Part shown: in pieces, positions 55,650-64,000 of the stretch
Layout: the number at the start of each line of letters is the position of its first letter
Position numbering within the stretch: position 1 is the first letter of the stretch
Assembly: GCA_963727445.1 (NCBI GenBank)
Contig: CAVSGI010000020.1
Span: 576,001 to 640,000 of the forward strand
Direction of reading: 5' to 3'
Length of the DNA: 64,000 nt
Source: an uncultured delta proteobacterium
Lineage (GTDB): Bacteria; Myxococcota_A; Polyangia; Polyangiales; B10-G4
Made by a program: the position numbers and the translations under genes
Notes under the pieces: model-generated
Seen by the model: the letters and a program-made list of their open reading frames with translations, nothing else
What the model was told of the DNA's origin: nothing
Databases searched by the model: none

Positions 55650-58372
55650 ATGGACTTCGGAAACATCGCGGACAAGGCGCTTCTCTGGATCGTCCTACTC
55701 GCCCCTCTTCGGGGCGCTGATCAACGGCGTCGCGGGGCGCTTCGCCAACCGGCAGTTGGTCGGCGCGGTCGGGGTGGGGTCGGTCGCGCTCGCCTTCCTT
55801 CTGGCGCTCATCAGCTTCTTCCACCTGACCGGTCTCAAGACGAGCCTCGGGGACGACGCGCAGATCACGCAGGAAGTGTACGAGTGGTTCTCGCTCTACG
55901 TCGGAACCAGCGAAGTCCCGCTTCGCGTCTCGCTTCGTCTTGGATCGCCTAGCGGCGATCATGACGGTGATGGTCACGGGCGTGGGCCTGCTCGATCCAC
56001 ATCTACAGCTCGGGTACATGCACGACGATCCGGGCTACGCGCGGTTCTTGACCTACCTGAACCTCTTCATGGCCTCGATGCTGATCCTGGTCCTGGGCAG
56101 CAACATGCCGCTGATGTTCGTGGGCTGGGAAGGCGTCGGCCTCTGCAGCTACCTGCTCATCGGCTTCTGGTTCGAGAACGGCGACTACGCCGCGGCCGGC
56201 CGCAAGGCCTTCGTCGTCAACCGCATCGGCGACTTCGGCGTCCTGCTCGGGATGTTCCTGCTCGTCTCGCGGTCGCCGACGCGCGCACCCGCGACGCCTT
56301 CGAGTTCGACGACATCAACCGGCGCCACGCGCCTCGAGCCTCACCGCCGTTCATCCTCGGCGCGCGTCGCGCTCGGCTCGAGCGTCGCGACGGTCGCGGC
56401 GCCTCTTCCTCTTCCTCGGCTGCACCGGCAAGAGCGCGCAGATCCCGCTCTACGTCTGGCTCCCCGACGCGATGGCCGGCCCCACGCCGGTCTCCGCGCT
56501 CATCCACGCGGCCACCATGGTCACCGCGGGCGTCTACCTCTGCTGTCGCCTCGAGCCCGGTCTTCGTGGAGTCGCCCGATCGCGATGGCGGTCATCGCCA
56601 TCGTCGGCGCGCTGACCGCGCTGCTCGCGGCGACCATCGCGCTGGTGCAGAACCAGATGAAGAAGATCCTGGCCTACTCCACGGTGAGCCAGCTCGGCTT
56701 CATGTTCGCGGCGGTCGGCTGCGGCGCCTTCGCCGGCGGCTTCTTCCACGTCTTCACGCACGCCTTCTTCAAGGCCTGCCTCTTCCTCGGCGCCGGCTCG
56801 GTGATGCACGCGGTCCACGCCCACGGCGACGCGGACATCCGCTACCTCGGCGGCCTCCGAAGGACAAGCTCCCCGACGCCCACTGGACCTTCCATCGCGA
56901 GCTGCTTGGCGATCGCCGGCTTGCCGCTCTTCAGCGGGTTCTTCTCGAAGGACGAGATCCTCCTCGGCGCGCTCGAACTGGGCGCACGCGAGTTCCGGGA
57001 GCAGCAGCTGGGTCGGCTGGCTCGTCTTCGTGATCCTCGTGGCCGCGGCGACGATGACCGCCTTCTACATGTTCCGGCTCTACTTCATCGCTTTCCACGG
57101 CACCTACCGCAGCGCGAAGGTGGTACCGGAGGAGGGCGAAGAAGGCGAAGAGGAGAAGGGCTCCTCGATCCCGCCCCCGGTCACGAAGAGGAGCACGGTT
57201 ACGATCCGCATCCCCACCGCCCGGGGATGGCGATCGCTGGCGTGCTCTCGGCGCTCGGCGTGGGCGCCATCGCAGCGGGCCTCATCAACCTCGAGCCGCT
57301 GCTTCACCTCGTGGGTGTCCATGAGCTCGGGGGTGTGGAGGGCGGCAACTTCTGGGGCACCTGGCTCTCGCACACCATCGCTCACTTCGACGCCGACATC
57401 GGCGGTCTCAGCTACCTGGCTGCCGCCGGCGGCGTGGGCGCGATGGCGACGGGCATCGGCCTCGCCTGGTTCTGGTACCTCAAGGAGGGCCGCATGCCGA
57501 TGGCGCAGCCCTCGGGCATCTCCAAGTGGATGATGAACAAGTGGTACGTGGACGAGCTCTACGAGGCGACGGTGATCCGCGCGACGCGCGGCCTCGCGAT
57601 CTTCGCCGCCGCGATCGACAAGTACTTCGTCGACGGCATCCTCGCCCGCGCCACCGCTCTCGGTGTGTCGCTCCTCGGCTGGCTCTCCACCCGCATCCAG
57701 AACGGCGTCGTCTACACCTACGGCGCGGTGATGGTGCTCGGGATGGCGGTTCTCGCCTGGTGGTTCGTCTACCCGCACCCGAGCCTGGAAGGCACGGCGA
57801 CGCGCACCGACGTCACGTGGACCTCCGGTCAGGGGCTCGGCTACGAGTACCGCTGGGACGTCGACGACGACGGCGAGATGGACACCGAGTGGAGCGCGTC
57901 GGAGAACAGCGTCAGCTACACCTACGGCGAGGACAAGTGGAGGGGCTTCGCGCTCTTGATGGACGGCGATCGTCCCGGTGAGCTCGAGGAGGTCGCGCTC
58001 GATCCGGACGGTGACGAGGTCTCCTTCGACGAGGAGCAGATGGGCCGCGGCTGGGAGGCGGATCCAGAGGCCGGGAGCTCGCTGTTGCCCACCTTCCGCG
58101 TCGCCCAGGACGATGAGGGCGGCATCATCTTCCGCAAGAACGATGCGCGCGCCCGCGTCCGCGGCGGCGAAGCCACCGAGGAGGAGCGCCTCCACCCCGG
58201 TGACATCGTGCAGGTCGGCTCGCTCAACATCCGCGTCGGCGCCGTGGTGGCTGCCTCCATCGAGGTGCGCAACACCTTCGGCAACGTCGCCCACGAGACG
58301 CAGGAGATCGTCATTCAACCCGCCGGAGGTCCTCCGGCGGAGGTCGCGGCGCTCCAAGGAGGTGCGCCATGA
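55650..58372 (+). CDS. nuoL: NADH-quinone oxidoreductase subunit L with ~195-aa C-terminal extension; multiple frameshifts in the 5' half
   Basis: [74 protein letters not shown] and KWYVDELY motifs. Confidence 0.93.
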
Positions 58373-60112
58373 ACGCGCATCTGCTCAGCCTCCTGATCCT
58401 CCTGCCGTTCTTCGGCGCCTTCGTCGTGGCGTTCCTGCCGCGACAGGCGACGAACACGCTCCGGGCGACCTCGGTGATCTTCATGCTCGTCGAGCTCGTC
58501 GCGAGCATCTGGCTCTTCGACGGGGACTACTCGACGGCGGCGTACCAGTTCGTCGAGCAGTACGAATGGATCCCGACGCTCGGCATCTCCTACAAGCTCG
58601 GCGTCGACGGCATCTAGCTCTGGCTGGTCCTCCTCACCACGCTGCTCACGCCGATCGCGCTCTACGCGCTCGTGGAACTCGGTCAACACCAAGGTCAAGG
58701 AGTTCGCCGTCGCGTTCCTGCTCCTCGAAGTCGGCGATGCTCGGCGCGTTCCTCGCCCTCGACCTCTTCCTCTTCTACGTCTTCTGGGAGCTGATGCTCG
58801 TGCCGATGTACCTGATCATCGGCATCTGGGGCGGCAAGGAGCGCGTCTACGCGGCGGTGAAGTTCTTCCTCTACACCATCGTCGGCAGCCTGCTGATGCT
58901 GGTCGCCATCCTGTACTCGTGGTCGGCAGTACCGAGGCGCCTCGACGGGGCTCGTGACAGCTTCGACCTCGAGCAGCTCAACCGCGTGGTGCTGCCGCAC
59001 GGCGCGCAGCTCGTGCTCTTCTTCGCCTTCGCGCTCGCCTTCGCCATCAAGGTGCCGATGTTCCCGTTCCACACCTGGCTCCCCGACGCGCACGTGCAGG
59101 CGCCGACCGGCGGCTCGGTGATCCTGGCCGCGGTCTGCTGAAGCTCGGCGGCTACGGCTTCATCCGCTTCGCGATGCCGCTCTTCCCGCTGGCCGCGCCA
59201 CTACCTCGGGCCGACGCATCGCGGTGCTCGCGGTCATCGGCATCATCTACGGCGCCTACTGCGCCTGGGTGCAGCGCGACGTGAAGAAGCTGGTCGCCTA
59301 CAGCTCGGTGAGCCACCTCGGCTTCGTGATGCTCGGCATCTTCTAGCATGACCGCCGGCGGCATCTCCGGCGCGATCCTGCAGATGGTCAGCCACGGCGT
59401 CTCGACCGGCGCGCTCTTCATCCTGGTCGGCGTCATCTACGACCGCCGCCACACCCGCGACCTCGCCGAGTTCGGCGGCCTGGCGAAGGTGATGCCGGTC
59501 TACGCGACGCTCTTCGTCATCGTCGCCATGAGCTCGGTCGGCCTGCCCGGCACCAACGGCTTCGTCGGCGAGTTCATGATCCTGCGGCGGCACCTTCGTC
59601 TCCGAGGCACTTCGCAGCACTGGCCGACGCATCTTCGTCGCTCTTCGCGGCGACGGCGTGATCCTCGCCGCGGTCTACATGCTGCACGCGGTGCTCAAGA
59701 CTCTTCTGGGGCCCGCTCGACAACGACGAAGAACGAGAACCTCACGGACCTGAGCCTGCGCGAGGGCTCGCCCTCGCGCCGCTCGTGCTCCTGGTCTTCT
59801 GGATCGGCTTCTTCCCGAGCACCTTCCTCGAGCCGATGGAGCCCTCGGTGGAGCAACTTCATCTCGACGTTCAGGCGCAAGCTGATGCTCGAGAACCAGG
59901 ACGACACCGCGCGCCTGTTGCCGTCACCTGGGGGCCCCGGCCCCGAAGAAGCCGCCGAGGCTACGGCCAGGTCGTACCAGAAGGCGAGGCGACGCCGGAG
60001 CGGAGCGGCGCAGGAGCCCGGCTGGGCTGGCGCGGAGGCGACGCGCCGCGCAGGTGGCGCGCAGCCGGGACTGCGTCAGGTCATCGTGGTGGACGACGGA
60101 GGTGAGGGATGA
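58369..60112 (+). CDS. nuoM: NADH-quinone oxidoreductase subunit M; frameshifts and an in-frame TAG
   Basis: [42 protein letters not shown] and [12 protein letters not shown] motifs. Confidence 0.92.
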
Positions 60113-61622
60113 TTGAGAGCTTCAGCGATCTGCTGGTCGCATCGCCGCTCTTCGCGCTGGCCTTCGGCGGCCTCGCGCTGATGCTCGTCGACGCCTTCGT
60201 GAAGGACAAGGGCGAGCTCGCCCTGATGGCGTTCTGTGATCCTCGTCGTCGCTGGCGGGTGCTCGGTGGGCCTGTGGTTCACCGGCCGCGCCACGCGACG
60301 CCCGAGGTCTTTGCGCTCCTACCTGTCGTACGGATCGAATGAGTCTCTTCTTCGACATCATGATCTGCGGCGGCGGCGCGCTTCACCGCGCTCCTCGCGG
60401 GCGGCTATCTGCGCGAGCACCGCATCGAGCGCGGCGAGTTCTACGTCGTGCTGCTCTTCAGCGCCTTCGGCGCGATGGTCCTCGCGCGCGCCATCGAATC
60501 TGCTCTCAGCTCTTCATCGGCCTCGAGACGATGTCGCTCGGCGCCTACGCGCATCGTGCGCGCTACCGGCGCACGAGCCCGCGCGCCGCCGAGGGCGGCG
60601 CTCAAGTACTTCCTGCTCGGCTAGCTTCGCGGCGGCGATCCTCCTCTTCGGCACCGCGCTCCTCTACGGCGCGCACCGGGCACACCGACCTCGCGCGGCA
60701 TCGGTCAGGTCGATCAGCGAGCGGCGACGCGGATCTGCCGCCGTCGATCATCCTGCGGCATGCTCCTGATCGCTGGTCGGGCTCGCCTTCAAGGTCAGCG
60801 CGGTGCCCTTCCACATGTGGACGCCGGACGCCTACGAGGGCGCCGTCACGCCCGCGACCACCTTCATGGCGTCGGTGGTCAAGGCCGCGGGCTTCGCGGT
60901 CATGGTGCGCGTGCTCCTCGTCAGCTTCGGCGACGACGCTCAGCGCGAACGCCGCCACCGGCTGGCCTCCGGTCATCGCCGGCCTCGCCGCGGTCACCAT
61001 GATCTTCGGCAACCTCGCGGCCGTCGCGCAGTCGAGCGTCAAGCGCATGCTCGCCTACTCCTCCATCGCCCACGCCGGCTACATCCTGGTCGGCGTCGCG
61101 GCGTCCTTCCGCGCGGGCGACGCCGCGGTGAGCGCCGTCCTCTACTACCTGATGGCGTACACCGTCTCGAACGCGCTCGCGTTCGGCTCGCTCATCCTCA
61201 TGGGCTCGCGCGGCAAGGAAGCGGTGAGCTACGAGGACCTCGCGGGCGTCGGCCGACGGCATCCTGCCGCGGCGGTGCCCTTCGTCCTCGGCGTGCTCTC
61301 GCTGCTGGGCTTCCCGCCCACCGCCGGCTTCTTCGGCAAGTACTACGTCTTCAACGCCGCGGTCGCCGCGGGCGGCGGCATGGTGTGGCTGGCCGTGCTC
61401 GGCGTGCTGACCAGCGCCATCGGCGCGTACTACTACCTGCGCGTCATCGTCTACATGTTCATGAAGCAGCCCCAGGCCGGCGCGCCGACGGCGGTGCCCA
61501 TGAAGAGCGGCTACGTCCTCGCTGCGCTCATCCTCTCCGGCTATTTCGTTCTCCGCATGGGCATCGCGCCCGGCAACTACCTCGATATGGCGATCGAAGC
61601 GGCACAGCAGCTCGTCGCCTGA
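60109..61622 (+). CDS. nuoN: NADH-quinone oxidoreductase subunit N; multiple frameshifts
   Basis: [45 protein letters not shown] and YYYLRVI motifs. Confidence 0.92.
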
Positions 61623-61653
61623 GCACACGTCCGTATTCACGTATACTCGATAC

Positions 61654-62499
61654 GTGACGGCGCTGGTGTACGTTGCGCTTCTCGTGGCCCCGGTCACGGG
61701 ATGTGGACGGATCGGCTTCGACGTCGGCTTGGACGCGACGTCGGATGCGGCGCTCGGCGACGGGGCGATGGATGGGGCCGGGATGGACGCCAGTGAGGGC
61801 GGCCTCGACGCCGCGCCGGACGTCTCCCTCGCCGACGGGGCGACCGACAGCGCTCCCGACGGGGCGATCGACGTGCGCACCGGCTTACTCTTCGAGCTCG
61901 CTTTCGATGACTCCACGACATCCGACACTTCGGGGGGCGGTCACGACGCACGCTGTGCGGGGATGGGGTGTCCAACGCTCGACCCGATGGGCGTCAGCGG
62001 GCAGGCCGCTTCCTTCGACGGGAGCGGTCAATACCTCGTCGTCGACGACGACGGCACCTTCGAGCTCGCTGGCGGGTTCACCGTCAGCACCTGGGTGAAC
62101 CTCTCGGCCGCGGTGGCACGGACCTGCTTCTTCACCAAGCCTCTCGGCGGGGCTTCCGAGAACTCCTTCGCGCTCTGCGCCGACGCGCAGGTTCCCTTCA
62201 TGTACGTGTGTGGCGCGGGGGGCTGCTCCCTGCAGAGCGCTTCCGTGTCGATGCCGCTCGACACCTGGTTCCACCTCGCCATCACCAACGATGGGATGAC
62301 GCAGCGCTTCTATGTCGATGGTGCGGAGGCTGCCCTCAGCACGATCGCGCTCGCCTTCGACAGCAGCGACGCGATGGTGGTGGGCGGCGACTCGGATGGC
62401 GGGCTGGCTTTCGCGATGACGGGGCTCCTCGACGAGATACGCGTCTACGACCGAGCCTTGTCGATGGACGAGATCGGCGTCCTCGCCACGCGGCCTTGA
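61654..62499 (+). CDS. LamG-like jelly-roll lipoprotein
   Basis: GCGRIGFD lipoprotein start; FTVSTWV, WFHLAIT.DG, FYVDG and [14 protein letters not shown] motifs. Confidence 0.85.
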   Translation: MTALVYVALLVAPVTGCGRIGFDVGLDATSDAALGDGAMDGAGMDASEGGLDAAPDVSLADGATDSAPDGAIDVRTGLLFELAFDDSTTSDTSGGGHDARCAGMGCPTLDPMGVSGQAASFDGSGQYLVVDDDGTFELAGGFTVSTWVNLSAAVARTCFFTKPLGGASENSFALCADAQVPFMYVCGAGGCSLQSASVSMPLDTWFHLAITNDGMTQRFYVDGAEAALSTIALAFDSSDAMVVGGDSDGGLAFAMTGLLDEIRVYDRALSMDEIGVLATRP

Positions 62500-62634
62500 G
62501 GCCGCGAAGCCCAGGATCTGGTCAATGCCGGGTCGGCCGATCGACACGAGGGCCGGGTGGTGCGCCGTACTGCGGAGTCGAGTCTGCATTCGGAGCGTAC
62601 TGGCCGGGGCACGCCCTTTGCGACGTGGGAGCTC

Positions 62635-63600
62635 GTGGGCTACCGCTTTCAAAGCATCTTCGTCGCATGGCTGGCCTTGTCGGCCGCGGCCTGCACCAAT
62701 ACCCCGCTGCCCTCCGACCGCCCGCCGCCGATGATGGAGAGCGCCGACGCCGGCACGGATTGGAGCGACGCGAGCGATCCAGATGCCGCGGCCCTGCCGG
62801 AGGACGCCGCCGCCTCCATGGCCGATTCCGGCTCGGCTCCGGACGCTGCGATGGAATGTCCCCGCGTCCGCATCACCACCGTCGGGCTCACCCTGAACGT
62901 TCGCCCCGATCCCTCGACCGCGGGCGATCCCATCGGCGCCCTCGACCCGGGCACGGTGGTGACGGTCGTCGACGTCACCCATGGCGAGATGGTGGACGGA
63001 GACGACGTCTGGTACGGCATCGAGACGGCGACGCTGATGGGTTACGTCAGCGGTCGTTTCGCCGAGTGCACCATGGAGGAGGAGACCTTCGCGTCCATGG
63101 ACGGCTTCTACCTGCCGCTCGAGTGCGGCATGCGCGTGCGCATCAGTCAGGGCAACAACGGCACCTACAGTCATCGAGGCAACAGCGCCTACGCCTTCGA
63201 CTTCTCCGTCCCGCTGAACACGCCGCTTCACGCGATCGCCGACGGCGTCGTGATCCTCGTTCAGGATGGGACGCATCCGGGCGACCCCTGCTACGACGGA
63301 GGCGGTCCGGAATGCGCCACCGAGGCGAACGGCGTCGTCGTCCGTCACGCCGATGGTCACGCGTCGCAGTACGCGCACTTGAACGCGGTACGCGTCAGCG
63401 AGGGGGACACCATCCGGCGAGGGACCGTCGTCGGGCTCTCGGGAAGCACCGGCTACTCGACCGGACCACATGCCCACGTTCAGCTGCAGGAGGTCTGTGG
63501 GTGGCTCTCCTGCCAATCGGTTCCGCTGCGTTTCGAGGACGTGCCGGGGGACGGCGTTCCTGAGACCGGCGACTACGTCACGTCGATGAACTGCCCCTGA
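62635..63600 (+). CDS. SH3b plus M23-family peptidase lipoprotein
   Basis: Lipobox AAAC; LNVR..P...WY...GYVS SH3b; SH...AFDF, YAHL, GSTGYSTGPHAH M23 motifs. Confidence 0.88.
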   Translation: MGYRFQSIFVAWLALSAAACTNTPLPSDRPPPMMESADAGTDWSDASDPDAAALPEDAAASMADSGSAPDAAMECPRVRITTVGLTLNVRPDPSTAGDPIGALDPGTVVTVVDVTHGEMVDGDDVWYGIETATLMGYVSGRFAECTMEEETFASMDGFYLPLECGMRVRISQGNNGTYSHRGNSAYAFDFSVPLNTPLHAIADGVVILVQDGTHPGDPCYDGGGPECATEANGVVVRHADGHASQYAHLNAVRVSEGDTIRRGTVVGLSGSTGYSTGPHAHVQLQEVCGWLSCQSVPLRFEDVPGDGVPETGDYVTSMNCP

Positions 63601-63859
63601 GGGCCGGGGTCGCCGGGAGCGGGTCGACCGGGGTTCAGAGCGCGAGGGCGAGGCGGGCGCGACTGCGGGCCCGGGCGCGGAAGAACTTGAGGATGCGTGT
63701 CATTGGATTGTCCGTTTCTTTCTCTTTCGAGAGACACCCAAACACTGAGCAGTATTCGTGCCACGGGTGAGGCCACGGGGCCATGACGGAATCACGAGGC
63801 TTTTATGCCCTGATGTGGCCAATTGGAGCACACCCCGCGCCACATGGGTGGGGCCTTTT

Positions 63860-63910
63860 CGTAACAGGTGACGCTTTGTCGGTGTCTCGATTGGCGTAAC
63901 ACCTGTTACG
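63860..63910. promoter_or_regulatory. Palindromic operator-like / hairpin sequence
   Basis: CGTAACA-cc-TGTTACG at 63895-63910 and an 11-bp inverted copy at 63860-63870. Confidence 0.4.
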
Positions 63911-64000
63911 GCGGCCGGGCGGAAATCGGGCCGGCGAAGAGCGACGGATGAAACGTGGCTCCACGCGTTGTAGAACGACCAGCGATGTCTCGACGGGCTC

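Noticed and set aside
58615..58617. In-frame TAG in nuoM (and 55178 in nuoK) as stop-codon recoding or pyrrolysine
   Set aside because: The nuoM TAG falls at a normally Ser position amid many indels; TAG is used as a normal stop elsewhere in the window and no pyl genes are seen.
52593..61622. Calling nuoE-N pseudogenes
   Set aside because: Motifs, gene overlaps and promoter are intact and the lesion pattern fits consensus error; needs read-level confirmation.

Overview
High-GC chromosomal window, almost certainly from a myxobacterium (Myxococcota, probably Polyangia/Sandaracinaceae-like). The markers are CdbA, CdnL, a MYXO-CTERM tail, a myxobacterial-type PilZ protein, three Hanks kinases, several FHA proteins and about ten lipoproteins. 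About 48 genes can be supported. Housekeeping genes include rng, cdnL, purF, pap (PPK2), an RqcH/NFACT-like gene, ctpA, and a split complex I operon nuoE-F-J-K-L-M-N. The rest are envelope/secreted proteases and lipoproteins, Ser/Thr-kinase-FHA signalling genes, and two nucleoid-protein candidates (a KKRAT-repeat histone-H1-like protein and CdbA). I see no tRNA, rRNA, CRISPR array, transposase, integrase or prophage. The sequence has indel/nonsense lesions: isolated ones in the Omp85 gene, cdnL and the Gly/Pro gene, and very dense ones across nuoE-N. These most likely reflect long-read or mixed-read consensus error. The most interesting unexplained signals are: (1) a 162-bp nested palindrome between nuoK and nuoL carrying a relay ORF from the nuoK stop to the nuoL start; (2) a PKD-like plus FHA-like extension on NuoL; (3) a multi-stem putative ncRNA right after the KKRAT gene; (4) a zinc-ribbon/GGFG-repeat membrane protein alongside a zinc-ribbon kinase flanked by two zinc-ribbon double-FHA paralogs; and (5) a window-wide promoter pattern of leaderless -10 boxes and 18-bp-spaced sigma70 promoters. 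All family calls come from motif recognition by eye; no searches were run.
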